From: Candidatus Obscuribacteraceae bacterium
Lineage (GTDB): Bacteria; Cyanobacteriota; Vampirovibrionia; Obscuribacterales; Obscuribacteraceae
Length of the DNA: 64,000 nucleotides
Assembly: GCA_044229845.1 (NCBI GenBank)
Contig: JBGASG010000010.1
Coordinates: 96,001-160,000, forward strand
Reading direction: 5' to 3'
Of this stretch, positions 19,710 to 29,954 are shown in pieces. The notes under the pieces were generated by a model, which was not told the origin of the DNA, searched no databases, and worked only from the letters and a program-made list of their open reading frames with translations. Positions within the stretch are counted from its first letter, which is position 1; each line of letters starts with the position of its first letter. The translations under genes were made by a program, and so were the position numbers.

Positions 19710-20468
19710 ATGGCTAACACTGCGCACCAGTCCGGTGCGGAGGCGCAACTAGACGCGCCCGCAGCCGGCGGCGATAACAACGCCACCTTGAAATTGGACA
19801 TCAAAGAAATCATGTTACCAGCGCTGAACGATGCTTCGGTCCAGGCTTTCATGATGTCCGTCAACGACATGAAAAAAGGCGGATGCGGCTGCGCAATACC
19901 AAGCACCGACATCTACGATGTAAAAGATTGGACCAGAAGAGACATCGATTCGCAATTCGGGCTCGTACGTCGCGACGAAGGCTACTCTTTCGAGCGCATC
20001 AGGGGTGCCGACGGCAACACCTATGCACTCGACATGGACTACAGCCACGGCGGACCCGGCAGACCGACGGTGTACGAAAGGGACATCTACGGTCATAAAG
20101 TCGAAGTCACCGATCCCGATGTAATCAATGACATCGCGGCACGCGGAAACTACCTGGCAGTCATTGATGCCGCCCAAGATCGCATTGCGAAACTGGGCTG
20201 GACAGACGACCAGCGAAAGGACGCTCAACACATCCTCGATGCCGTCGGCGACAAAAATCCTGAGGCTCTGCAAACGGCTGTCATGCAATACCTATTGGAT
20301 GGCGGCGACTTCCAGAAACTCCTGGTTGGACTTGGCAGTCTGGCGAAGGTACAGGTCAAAGACCTGGACATGAACTGGAGGCACGGACCAGATCATGACA
20401 CCATGAGCATCACGTTCGCCGGTTCCGACCACAGCAACTTCGACTTCACCTGGCCACCAAAATCATAA
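19710..20468 (+). CDS. Hypothetical protein, paralogue 1 of 5
   Basis: AGGAG SD; shared motifs DW..D...FG, I.G.DG.TY, D..G..V.VTDP, YL..GG. Confidence 0.85.
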   Translation: MANTAHQSGAEAQLDAPAAGGDNNATLKLDIKEIMLPALNDASVQAFMMSVNDMKKGGCGCAIPSTDIYDVKDWTRRDIDSQFGLVRRDEGYSFERIRGADGNTYALDMDYSHGGPGRPTVYERDIYGHKVEVTDPDVINDIAARGNYLAVIDAAQDRIAKLGWTDDQRKDAQHILDAVGDKNPEALQTAVMQYLLDGGDFQKLLVGLGSLAKVQVKDLDMNWRHGPDHDTMSITFAGSDHSNFDFTWPPKS

Positions 20469-20498
20469 CGGCAACTAGCACCTGGGGAGATCACATTC

Positions 20499-21308
20499 AT
20501 GAGCTACGACACGCACCATTCTGGTGCCCAGATTGACGCAGACACACAAGCGATCAGTTTAGCCGGCAGAGATGCAAGCGGCGACTCGCAGACATCTTCA
20601 TGGCAAGCCAACGCTTCCTTGTTGTCCTTCGATCGAGAAAGCATGCAAGTGGCTCTGGCATCTATCAAGGCGATGGAGAATCGCGAGAGCGGAGTTTCTG
20701 CCGTTACTCCTGGACAAGTTTTGATCACGGACCTGTCCTCGATCAAAGACTGGGAAAAGGTAGACGTGAAAGGACAGTTCGGCATCACGCGCACAAAAAC
20801 CGGCACCGGCGAGTCACTCCATATCGATAGAATTCCGGGACCGGACGGCAAAACCTACGCGCTGGAGTACACCAGAGAAGGTCAAGATGCCAAAGCCTCT
20901 TTCTTCGAAGTGGACGCCAACGGACAGCGCACGGCAGTGACAGATCCCGCACTGCTGCAAGAACTGAGCAAGCGAGCAACTTTGATCAACGTTGTCGACC
21001 TGTCAAAAGATCGCCTGTCGGCTCTGGCATTGACGCCAGAGCAAAAGTCCGCACTGGACTCAATAGCAAATGCAGTCAAAGCACGAGATAGTGCGGCCCT
21101 GAAAGACGCGATCGATGGCTTCCTCAAGAATGGTGGCACCAAGGAAACTCTCTTCATGGCGCTGCCCGCCGAACTGCAGGTAAAGACCGCCAATGCCATG
21201 GTCGCCGGCGGTCACAGCAAAGAGGGCGTCGATACGATCTCGCTCCTGGTATACAACGAAGCGAGCGGAACGTTCGACTTCAATTTCACTTACACCTTTC
21301 CAAAATGA
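20499..21308 (+). CDS. Hypothetical protein, paralogue 2 of 5
   Basis: GGGGAG SD; DWEKVD..QFG, IPGPDGKTY, DANG..VTDP, FLKNGG. Confidence 0.85.
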   Translation: MSYDTHHSGAQIDADTQAISLAGRDASGDSQTSSWQANASLLSFDRESMQVALASIKAMENRESGVSAVTPGQVLITDLSSIKDWEKVDVKGQFGITRTKTGTGESLHIDRIPGPDGKTYALEYTREGQDAKASFFEVDANGQRTAVTDPALLQELSKRATLINVVDLSKDRLSALALTPEQKSALDSIANAVKARDSAALKDAIDGFLKNGGTKETLFMALPAELQVKTANAMVAGGHSKEGVDTISLLVYNEASGTFDFNFTYTFPK

Positions 21309-21317
21309 GGCTTTCTT

Positions 21318-22058
21318 ATGAGCAACCAGTCACACCCGGAGAGTCCGGGTTTACCAGAAACAAAGTTGATCAAGCCGGAGCAAGCGCCGCCCGCGATCAG
21401 TGGTGGTGACCTCCTGGTGGTCGGCGACACCAATCAGATGAATGGCGTCCTGCAATGTTTCAGAGACATGGAGAGAAGACCCGGATTTCAGGGCAGCACG
21501 GCGGATCCTTTTCAAGTGGAGGACTGGTCGAATATCAATGCTGCCACCACATATGGAGTCGTAAACGATGGTGGCGGGTATTCGATAAATCAAATTCCGG
21601 GCATCGACGGAGAGACATACAGTTATCGTTTCAACCGGGTTATGGATGGCATCAGTCAACGCGTATACAAGCATGATGCTTTCGGCAACGACGTCGAAGT
21701 CACCGATCAGCGCGTGCTCATGGAAATATCCCGTAAGGCTAATTTGATTCACCGCGTCGATGCAAGCCAGCAGTTGCTCTCCACTAAAACCGACGAGCAA
21801 AAAGAGATGCTGGACAAGATGGTGACGGCAGTGAAGAACGACGACATGGCTCGAATCGTAAATCTGCTGACGCAATACGTGCAGGCCGGCTCATCGCTGA
21901 AAGACTGCGGCGACGCATTCGAAGCGGCCGCCACTATTCGCAACGCCGGTGCGTCCTTCGTCTTCCAGCCGAACACCGACTCGGCAACACTTACGATCAG
22001 GTACAAACGCGCAGACGGCGAGGAGAGAGAACTCGACGTCACAATGCCCAAGCAGTAA
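21318..22058 (+). CDS. Hypothetical protein, paralogue 3 of 5
   Basis: GAGG SD; DWSNIN..YG, IPGIDGETY, DAFG..VTD. Confidence 0.85.
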   Translation: MSNQSHPESPGLPETKLIKPEQAPPAISGGDLLVVGDTNQMNGVLQCFRDMERRPGFQGSTADPFQVEDWSNINAATTYGVVNDGGGYSINQIPGIDGETYSYRFNRVMDGISQRVYKHDAFGNDVEVTDQRVLMEISRKANLIHRVDASQQLLSTKTDEQKEMLDKMVTAVKNDDMARIVNLLTQYVQAGSSLKDCGDAFEAAATIRNAGASFVFQPNTDSATLTIRYKRADGEERELDVTMPKQ

Positions 22059-22069
22059 GGAGAGACAAT

Positions 22070-22834
22070 ATGAGCGATGTAACACACCCGCTCGGTGTGG
22101 GCTCCCGCGCGGGCGATAACCCGACGCTCAGGCAACCTCTGGATGACACCAGAGAAACTAACCTGAATGTGTTCGACAAGCAAAGTATGACGGAGGCGCT
22201 GGCGGCCATTCGGGCGATGCAGCTTAAGGATGAACCGCTGTCGCCGATACCGGCCGGCACGGAAATTAAGGATGTGTTCGGCAAACACGACTGGGAAAAC
22301 ATCGATTTAGGGAAAGAATTCGGATTTACCAAGACCGAAGACAAACTGGCGATCGAGAAAATTCCCGGCGATGACGGCAAAACCTACAGCATGGAACTCG
22401 ACAGTAAAGACGGTCGGCTAACCGTCTGGGAGGTCGATGCTCAGGGCAACAAGAAGAATGTTGAAGATCCGCTGATCATCTTAGAGATTCTGCAGAAAGC
22501 AAAATATCTCGAAGCCATCCATGACGGAAAACAGTTTCTCGATAGTTTGAACTTAATGCCTGAACAAAAGGGCGCGCTCGATGACGTGATAAATGGCATC
22601 AAGGACAAAGATCCGCAGGCCGTAAAAGATGCTGTTGATGCTTACCTGAAGGCAGGCGGTGACCCGTCCAGTCTGTTCCACGCGCTGGGCACCCTTCTCA
22701 TGCTCCGTCAGGTGGAGGGCATCATTGTGGGCATTCACAAAGTGGACGGCGGCGACAGCATCATGATTGGCTTCGGCAAAGGATCCGACAAGCCGGACGT
22801 GATCATCGACCTGCCGAAACAGATAAAGGCATGA
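22070..22834 (+). CDS. Hypothetical protein, paralogue 4 of 5
   Basis: AAGGAG SD; DWENID..FG, IPGDDGKTY, DAQG..VEDP, YLKAGG. Confidence 0.85.
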   Translation: MSDVTHPLGVGSRAGDNPTLRQPLDDTRETNLNVFDKQSMTEALAAIRAMQLKDEPLSPIPAGTEIKDVFGKHDWENIDLGKEFGFTKTEDKLAIEKIPGDDGKTYSMELDSKDGRLTVWEVDAQGNKKNVEDPLIILEILQKAKYLEAIHDGKQFLDSLNLMPEQKGALDDVINGIKDKDPQAVKDAVDAYLKAGGDPSSLFHALGTLLMLRQVEGIIVGIHKVDGGDSIMIGFGKGSDKPDVIIDLPKQIKA

Positions 22835-22853
22835 AACACAGGAAGGTGACACC

Positions 22854-23639
22854 ATGAGTCAACTCGAACATTCGCGTACAACCGGCGACCAGGGAGCGCA
22901 CCAATATCCGCCCCCGGAGGCGCTTGGCGAGCAGGAGCGGCACCCTGGCTTCAACCCGGATGAGATCCTCAACGTTACCAATCAACAACAGCTAAGTGAT
23001 GCGCTGAGCGCCATTCGCGCCATGACGGGCTCGACAGAAGCAAGCAACTCCAAGAAGTTACCTGACCCTTTCGCTATAGAGGACTGGAGCGGAATCGATG
23101 CCAAATCGCTATATGGAGTGACTGAGACTGAGAATGGTTGGAAGATTGATAGAGTCCCTGGACTGAACGGCAAAGCATACTCCGTCGTCTTCGAACGAGA
23201 CGAAGGCGGAACCGGCTTTACCGAACGCGTGTATCAAGTCGGTGCCGACGGCGAACTAAAGGAAGTGACGACGCCATACATCGCGGTGCCGGCGATGCGG
23301 ACAGCAGATTTGATTCATCGTGTCTCTGAAAGCCAGGCGGTGCTTGCCAATCCAGAAATCAACGAAGCACAGCACCAGATTCTCGATTCTCTCGTTCAGC
23401 ACATCAGCGAGGGGAATGACGACATGGACCAGCTCGTCAAAGACTACCTGGAAGAAGGCGGCACATTCAAAGAGTTTGTTGAAGCGCTGAAGGCCGCGGC
23501 CGTAGTTAAGGGACTCGACGATGCGGTCATCGAATACAAGCCGAATGTGGACTACGCGCAGGAACTCCGGGTGACGTTTCCACTGCAAGACGAAGTCGGT
23601 TACACCTATCGCTTCGACCCGGTGAGCAAGCCGCTTTAG
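22854..23639 (+). CDS. Hypothetical protein, paralogue 5 of 5
   Basis: AGGAAGG SD; DWSGID..YG, VPGLNGKAY, ADG..VTTP, YLEEGG. Confidence 0.85.
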   Translation: MSQLEHSRTTGDQGAHQYPPPEALGEQERHPGFNPDEILNVTNQQQLSDALSAIRAMTGSTEASNSKKLPDPFAIEDWSGIDAKSLYGVTETENGWKIDRVPGLNGKAYSVVFERDEGGTGFTERVYQVGADGELKEVTTPYIAVPAMRTADLIHRVSESQAVLANPEINEAQHQILDSLVQHISEGNDDMDQLVKDYLEEGGTFKEFVEALKAAAVVKGLDDAVIEYKPNVDYAQELRVTFPLQDEVGYTYRFDPVSKPL

Positions 23640-25372
23640 CGTGACAGAGCCTGATTGACTTCGCCCAGTTCTTTTTCAGCCATCTTCGCCTCGGAAGACG
23701 ACTCGCCATAACGACGTTTCTTCTCAAAAACAACCCACTCGAGCGCTGACTTGGCTGCCTGATAGTCACCGAGTTTGTAATACACACGACCCAGCGATTG
23801 CAAACTATCGCAGTAGCGCGGGTCGGCGTTGCCGAAGCGCCCGGCGACTTCATGCGCTGATTTGAAGTAAGAACGGGCTTGATACAGGTCGCCCATCTTC
23901 TGCGCACGTTGCGCGGCTTGCATGTACTGGGTGTAGTAATCCCCCAGTGAATACTGGCGTACGGGCTGTGCGGCTTGTTGATATCGCTGTGCGTATTGCT
24001 GCTGAGTAGCAGGTTGCGCATACTGCTGTGTGGCAACCGGCTGAGGTACGGCTTGTTGAGAAACAGGTTGTTCAACCGGCGGCGGTTGCATAGCCACTGG
24101 TTGCGGCTGGAATGCCGGCTGTTGCGCAACCGGTTGGAGGGCTGTCGGGGAAGTTCGCGCGGCAGTCGACCGCGTGACCGGTTTCAACTCATCATCAGCC
24201 TCGGGGCGCGCTGCCGGATGCATCATCTGGAAGGCGAAAACAAAGATTGCCACCACACCGCAGGCGGCCAGTCCCAGCACCGCTGGATGCACATGCCCGA
24301 AAGTCTTCTGGACTTGATCGATCTGCTCGTGCACCTGAGCAGCTACATTGGCTGGTATCGGAATTGAGAGGGTGACATGGTGCCCGGCACGAATTGCTTC
24401 CAGGGCTTTCTGCAATTCGTCCATGGTTTGAAAACGATCATCCGGAGACTTGGCCATGCATTTGCGGACCACATCTTCCAGACCACGCGGGAAAGTAATC
24501 TCCGGAACAGCCTCGATAAACGAGGGAATGTCTCCGTGCACCTGCTGGTACATGCATTCAATTGGGCTGCCGCCGCTGAAAGGCGTACGTCCCGTGAGCG
24601 AGAAGTACATGACGCAACCCAGCGAGTAGACGTCTGAACGCACATCCTGTGGTTTGGCGCCGCACTGCTCAGGACTCATGTATTGCGGGCTGCCGAATAT
24701 CTCGCCTGTGGCGGTGAGTTTGGCGGCGTCGCCCAGTTCGGTTTCGTCCAGTTTGGCAATTCCGAAGTCGACGATCTTGACGAAATCGGGATTGCCGTCG
24801 TAATCGCAGATCATAATATTGGCCGGCTTGATGTCGCGGTGGATGACACCGCGTGCATGGGCATGCGCCAGTCCGGCCGCGGCGGCAATGAACATCGGCA
24901 CCGCCCGCGATGCCAAAATCGGGTGACCTTTTTTGACCATGTGGTCGAGGTTGGTGCCCTCGATGTAATCCATGACCAGATATGGCTGACCGCCCTCCAC
25001 ACCGACATCGGAAACGCGCAGAATATTCGGGTGGTCCAACAAGCTGAGGGCATTGGCTTCCTGCAGCAAGCGCTTCATCGCCGCTTTGCTGGTGATCAAA
25101 GTAGGCAATATGGTCTTGATGGCGACAACGCGATTCATCAATGTATGGCGCGCTTTGTAAATGCGCCCCATGCCACCATCAGTAATGGCTTCGGTGATCT
25201 CGTACTTGCCCCCGATGATCATGTCGGGTTTCCAGGGTTCCTGCAGCTCAACCAGCGTCGACTGATCGAACGGGCACGTGCGCTCGCCTTCCTCGTACTC
25301 CTCGTCGCAGATCAAACAGACCATGCGCTTGGGCACGTGCATCCTCAATGAATCGATGCTGTGTTCGCTCAT
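23636..25372 (-). CDS. Membrane Ser/Thr protein kinase with N-terminal Cys motif, Q/P-rich linker and C-terminal TPR
   Basis: GGMG, VAIK, HRDIKPAN, DFG, YMSPE; TM helix; SLQSLGRVYYKLGDY TPR. Confidence 0.93.
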   Translation of the reverse strand: MSEHSIDSLRMHVPKRMVCLICDEEYEEGERTCPFDQSTLVELQEPWKPDMIIGGKYEITEAITDGGMGRIYKARHTLMNRVVAIKTILPTLITSKAAMKRLLQEANALSLLDHPNILRVSDVGVEGGQPYLVMDYIEGTNLDHMVKKGHPILASRAVPMFIAAAAGLAHAHARGVIHRDIKPANIMICDYDGNPDFVKIVDFGIAKLDETELGDAAKLTATGEIFGSPQYMSPEQCGAKPQDVRSDVYSLGCVMYFSLTGRTPFSGGSPIECMYQQVHGDIPSFIEAVPEITFPRGLEDVVRKCMAKSPDDRFQTMDELQKALEAIRAGHHVTLSIPIPANVAAQVHEQIDQVQKTFGHVHPAVLGLAACGVVAIFVFAFQMMHPAARPEADDELKPVTRSTAARTSPTALQPVAQQPAFQPQPVAMQPPPVEQPVSQQAVPQPVATQQYAQPATQQQYAQRYQQAAQPVRQYSLGDYYTQYMQAAQRAQKMGDLYQARSYFKSAHEVAGRFGNADPRYCDSLQSLGRVYYKLGDYQAAKSALEWVVFEKKRRYGESSSEAKMAEKELGEVNQALSR

Positions 25373-26763
25373 TCGTCCTCTAAGATCTCCGCTTTCACGC
25401 GGCCGTCCTTCACGGCTTTGAGCAGTGCTTCATGGTCCCGCTCAGTTTGATCGGCATACTGCACAGCCCACGAACCGAGCGCTTTATCGAACGTATCCCC
25501 ATCCCCGAGGTAGCCGGCGATAGTAGCCGCGTCTCCGCTGCGAGCGTGTGCCTTGGCCAACACCTCTCCGAAAAGAGTGCCCATCTTGATCAAGTGCGAG
25601 GCTTCCCAGGTGTCGGTGGTCAGTTTGACTTTGGTATCGCGCAGTTGCCTGACATAGAAATGCACGCCCTGCTTGCCCTGGAACCAGCCCAGGAAGATAT
25701 CGCTGGCTGATTGCACAACACGCTGTCCGGTGACGACACGCTGCCCATGGTTTTCGAACTCACTCTTTCCCGTGTACTTTTCCAGCACCGAGTTGTTGGC
25801 TTGTTTGACTTGCAAGAAGAGCGGCTCGCCATCAGGTGACATCATCAAGATGATGTAGCAACGAGTGCCGACACTGCCAATCCCGACTACCTTAATGGCC
25901 GCATCGATAAGTTTGTAGCGCTCGAACAGATGGCGCTTGTCGTCTTGCAAGGATTCTTTGTAGGCGTTCAAACCCCAGACTGCACGCTCCATAAAATCAG
26001 GATCGTTATCCGGATGGTAGATCAAGGGCGGGTTGTCTTTGATCTTCGAAAGCCCCCCGGCATCGCTTTCGGTCAGCTTAGGAAACATGCGCCAGCTGGT
26101 CTTCTTAACAGCTTTCTTCAGGTCGTCCTGCAGGTTTTTCTTGAGGGCGGCGCAAGTCACGTTGTTGACTGTTTCTTCCCAGTCGAGCTTGTAGTACCAG
26201 ATGTCCAGAATCGCCAGCGATGACAGCTCCGACATCTTCATGCGATAAGCACGCGCCACCTGTTCAGCAGCGGCAAGCGCATCGCGTTTCTTCAGACCGT
26301 TCTCGCGTGCGATCAGGACTACGCTCACGGCCAGGCGTTTGAGATCCCACTCCCAGGGACCGGGCAGTGTTTCGTCAAAGTCGTTGAGGTCGAAAACAAT
26401 GTTTCTCTCCGGCGTGGCGAACGCACCGAAATTGAGCGAGTGACAGTCTCCGCAGAGTTGCACCTTCACGCGGCTGATCGGAGTTGTCGAAAGGTCGCTG
26501 GCCATGACCGCCGCCGCCCCACGAAAGAAAGTATGGGGAGACTTGAGCATTCGTCCATAGCGAATCGGCACCAGCTCCGGAAGGCGGCCTTCATCTTGAG
26601 CCAGCAAGATGTCGATCGGGTCCGGACGTTTGTCCGCCGGCTCCCAATTGCAATGCTTTTCATGAGGCACGGCGCCAGCCAGAACTTTGCCGCGCGCCCG
26701 CCGGTCGTCACGGGGCGTCACCGTCGCGTCGTGCAGTATTGCCATCTTCTCTTCTTTAGCCAC
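25369..26763 (-). CDS. DUF2252 family protein
   Basis: RYGRM..SP..FFRG, CGDCH..NFG, FDLNDFDE, KVVGIGSVG, YVRQLRD, AHARSGD. Confidence 0.9.
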   Translation of the reverse strand: MAKEEKMAILHDATVTPRDDRRARGKVLAGAVPHEKHCNWEPADKRPDPIDILLAQDEGRLPELVPIRYGRMLKSPHTFFRGAAAVMASDLSTTPISRVKVQLCGDCHSLNFGAFATPERNIVFDLNDFDETLPGPWEWDLKRLAVSVVLIARENGLKKRDALAAAEQVARAYRMKMSELSSLAILDIWYYKLDWEETVNNVTCAALKKNLQDDLKKAVKKTSWRMFPKLTESDAGGLSKIKDNPPLIYHPDNDPDFMERAVWGLNAYKESLQDDKRHLFERYKLIDAAIKVVGIGSVGTRCYIILMMSPDGEPLFLQVKQANNSVLEKYTGKSEFENHGQRVVTGQRVVQSASDIFLGWFQGKQGVHFYVRQLRDTKVKLTTDTWEASHLIKMGTLFGEVLAKAHARSGDAATIAGYLGDGDTFDKALGSWAVQYADQTERDHEALLKAVKDGRVKAEILEDE

Positions 26764-26906
26764 GGTTCTAACCTACCCCGCCTTATAGCTCAACCATTTA
26801 GATCAATATATGGACAAATAGGATATGCCCGCCAATACGGGAAGCGGCACAAGATTTTTTCCTCTTTTGCGGAGGAATTTCAATCCCTGGCATGTCAGTC
26901 AAGGGG

Positions 26907-27890
26907 TCAGTGCGGTCTACTGTTAGCGTCGGCAAGACCGGCTCTGACAGGCACGATGTCGAGAACAGTAATCTCTGGAGGAGCCATGAAACGCACGCGT
27001 GGCGAGCCTCCTTCCATGCCGATACCCCGGTTGACGTAAAGTCGCATGCCGCCTACCTGATACAAACCGGCTTCATATTTCTTGCCCGTCCTCGACCGCG
27101 TGATGATGGCGCCATAGCCGGGCAAAGCCACCTGTCCGCCATGGGTGTGTCCGGCACAGAACAAATCGACCTTGCGGTCGGTGATTCTCGATACTTCCGC
27201 CGGGAAGTGATGCAGAAAAACATTGAACGTGTCGGCGGAAACGCCCTTGAAAGCTCGTTCCAGCTTCCACTCTTCGTCCACCCCCACACCAATAATGGCT
27301 ATATCTGCGCCTTCCACGTTGATATGAGCGTTCTCGGCATGCAAAACCTTCACTCCGGTGCCTTCATAGAGATCCAGGCGGGTCCACGTGCGGCTGTCGT
27401 GATTGCCGAAAACGGCGTAGGTTGGAGCGATTGCCGCCAGTTGTTTCAAACAGGTCTTGAAGATGCCCACTCCGGCAGGGGCATTGACTGCATCTCCGGT
27501 GAAAACAATGATGTCCGGCTTGAGCGCCGCCACGCGGGCTGGCAATTCCGGCTCCAGCCGCGGCTGCGGATCGCTGTGCATATCGGATAGATGCACGATG
27601 CGAATCGGATGCGCGTCCGCCTTCAGCTTGGCGGTCGGGATTTGCACTTCGGTCACCGTCAGGGTGTAAGGCTCGACGAAGAACCCATAGGCAATGCAGA
27701 GCGAGCCGACGGCACTCAGAGCAAGGGCCACTTTGTCGGGCAGGCTGACTGGTTTCTTGCCGCGATTGGCAATCAGCCGCACCAGAGCGCAGCACCCCGC
27801 CAAATAGACGAACGCCATCACTGCGATACACACTGCAAGCGCAGTGCACTCATCTAGACATAGCTTTCCAGCGACGTGCTCTAACTTCAT
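26907..27890 (-). CDS. Membrane-anchored metallophosphoesterase (YkuE/YaeI-like)
   Basis: SDMH, TGD, GNHD, GHTHGGQ, VNRGIG. Confidence 0.9.
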   Translation of the reverse strand: MKLEHVAGKLCLDECTALAVCIAVMAFVYLAGCCALVRLIANRGKKPVSLPDKVALALSAVGSLCIAYGFFVEPYTLTVTEVQIPTAKLKADAHPIRIVHLSDMHSDPQPRLEPELPARVAALKPDIIVFTGDAVNAPAGVGIFKTCLKQLAAIAPTYAVFGNHDSRTWTRLDLYEGTGVKVLHAENAHINVEGADIAIIGVGVDEEWKLERAFKGVSADTFNVFLHHFPAEVSRITDRKVDLFCAGHTHGGQVALPGYGAIITRSRTGKKYEAGLYQVGGMRLYVNRGIGMEGGSPRVRFMAPPEITVLDIVPVRAGLADANSRPH

Positions 27891-28004
27891 CTATGCACCG
27901 AGTGATTCAAGAAACTGTGCGGTGCACCGTTTCAAAGCAATCATAGCCGGTCAGTGTAAAGTCCGGGTTAGAAACGCCGAAGCTGGACGAAACCGGCTAG
28001 GAGC

Positions 28005-29954
28005 CTAGTACCAGCCTTTTCGCATAGCTTTTACGACCACTTCTACCCTATCCGAAATGATGTAGCACTCAGCTTCCTGATAGCCCGCCCGCATAAACTG
28101 CGAACGGCTGCGCAGGAGATGACGATACTCCTCGTCGATGGTCTGGTAGATGACATTGCGCACCCGCTCCGCCACCTGGCGAATCGGCTCGCCGTGCTCG
28201 GTGCCGAATAACTGTTCGGCAAGCGCGATGTAGTCTCGCAATTTGACGCCCACGCCCAGATGCCCGTTGGCGAGCGCCAGGCGCACACAGTCTTCCAGCT
28301 GTTCGCGACACTTGGTCAATTCGTAGACCAGCACTTCCGGTACACAATTGGAATTGAACAGTGTCTGCACCGACTTCATATCGCGCAAGCAGGAGAGCAA
28401 TTGGAAGTCATAGTCGCCGGAGAGAAGCTGTCCAGCCGAGCCAATGAGTACATCAAGCCTGGAGTTGATTGCCCTGACATAGTCGGTCCAGAGCTTGGCG
28501 TTCTTCGCATCTTTGAAAAGATGCATGGCACGCTGCCGTTCAGCCGGAGTCAAATGCTGATCGGCACGCAATCGCAGCACAGCCAGCAAAAACATGTGGC
28601 TGGGCGCGTAGCCGACACCCTCCGCATATTTCTCCCAGAGCGGCATGATCTTGTCGGCATGGCGACCGTATTGCAAACGCAAGTCGTCGGCAATCATGCG
28701 GATGATCAACACATCCTGCCCCATGTGTCCAAGCTCGTGCAAGAGCGCCGACATGACGTCTTCCGACATCGGCTCGTCTTCGAATAAAATCCAGCGCTGC
28801 AAGTTGACGATGCCTTCGCCGACTATATAGGAAGCGACGGAGTTGTCATTGCGATCGATGAGATTGAGTTGCGCGTACGGCAAGCTCAAAAGCGTGGTAA
28901 TCTGCGTTACCAGCGGCTGCAACTCTTGAATGCGCCGCTCGCTAATCTGCGTTAGCTGGTGGCGCAGAGTCTCCACCTTTTCGTTTAACAGCGCGTGTTG
29001 AGGATCGCCTTCTTCAAGGCCATCGAGGTCGTTGCTGCCGCGCACGAATTCCAGATACAGATCATTTGCCGGCAGTCCATCTTGCCAGCGGAAATTGGCA
29101 CCGAGTTGCACCAGGTAATAGAGCAGCCTGACGTCGGCCATGGGGAAGAAGTCCAGCCCTTGCGGGACGACGCCTTCCGTTTGCCAGTGGTGCATCAACC
29201 AGCGCGTCGCCAGCGCCGAGATCTCATCGTCACCATCCCTGGTGGCATACCAGTAGGCGCGTTCCCGCATCGGTCCCGGCAGCGAAGACAGCATCCGGAT
29301 CGATTCGGTCTTGACGCACTTATGCACGTGATTGGACTTGTAGAGATACTTGCACCCACCCGGTTCCGGATCTCCGAGAATCTCGCACAAGGCGGACATC
29401 TGCTGCTTCGGATCGAGGCTCAGGCACTGCCACAGAAGCGGGAAGTAATAGGCGGACCAGTTGCTGTCGTCGGTCAATTGCCCGATCAAACTGAGCACCG
29501 CCGATAGTTTGGCTTTGTTTTCGGCGATCAAAAGCGGAATATGATCCGCCTGCAATCGCTCGAGCAAAATGCCGCGTGCCAGGTCGTTGTCTTCTTTATC
29601 AACGATGCCTTGCAGAGCCGGAATAGCAGCCGCTGAATTGCCGCGCGCCAGACTCTCGAGCAGTTGCAGCGATAACTCTTTTTCTTTGAGTTCATGAATC
29701 TCGTGAATGGCCACTTCGATCAGATCTTCGTCCACGGCTGCTTCAGCAAAGCGAATCAGCTCAGTGAAATTGCTGGTAGAAACCAGCAGCCGCAGCTGAA
29801 TTTTGGCCGACTGCTCCTGGCGGAGCTTGGTCATTTCAGCGTTTTCCGGGACGGCATCCGCCGTCTTTTTCAAAAGCTTGTTTCCAGCAGTCTCCAGTAC
29901 ACTCGTCGCCGCAGCGACAAGCCGGGTCACCGGATTATCTATTGATAGTTGCAT
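28005..29954 (-). CDS. Hypothetical helical protein with HExxH motif
   Basis: 649-aa ORF; LLHELGH plus distal QEAE; HEAT-like N-terminal helices. Confidence 0.65.
   Translation of the reverse strand: MQLSIDNPVTRLVAAATSVLETAGNKLLKKTADAVPENAEMTKLRQEQSAKIQLRLLVSTSNFTELIRFAEAAVDEDLIEVAIHEIHELKEKELSLQLLESLARGNSAAAIPALQGIVDKEDNDLARGILLERLQADHIPLLIAENKAKLSAVLSLIGQLTDDSNWSAYYFPLLWQCLSLDPKQQMSALCEILGDPEPGGCKYLYKSNHVHKCVKTESIRMLSSLPGPMRERAYWYATRDGDDEISALATRWLMHHWQTEGVVPQGLDFFPMADVRLLYYLVQLGANFRWQDGLPANDLYLEFVRGSNDLDGLEEGDPQHALLNEKVETLRHQLTQISERRIQELQPLVTQITTLLSLPYAQLNLIDRNDNSVASYIVGEGIVNLQRWILFEDEPMSEDVMSALLHELGHMGQDVLIIRMIADDLRLQYGRHADKIMPLWEKYAEGVGYAPSHMFLLAVLRLRADQHLTPAERQRAMHLFKDAKNAKLWTDYVRAINSRLDVLIGSAGQLLSGDYDFQLLSCLRDMKSVQTLFNSNCVPEVLVYELTKCREQLEDCVRLALANGHLGVGVKLRDYIALAEQLFGTEHGEPIRQVAERVRNVIYQTIDEEYRHLLRSRSQFMRAGYQEAECYIISDRVEVVVKAMRKGWY

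Noticed and set aside
23950..24135. Q/P-rich repeats
   Set aside because: Low-complexity linker inside the kinase, not an independent element
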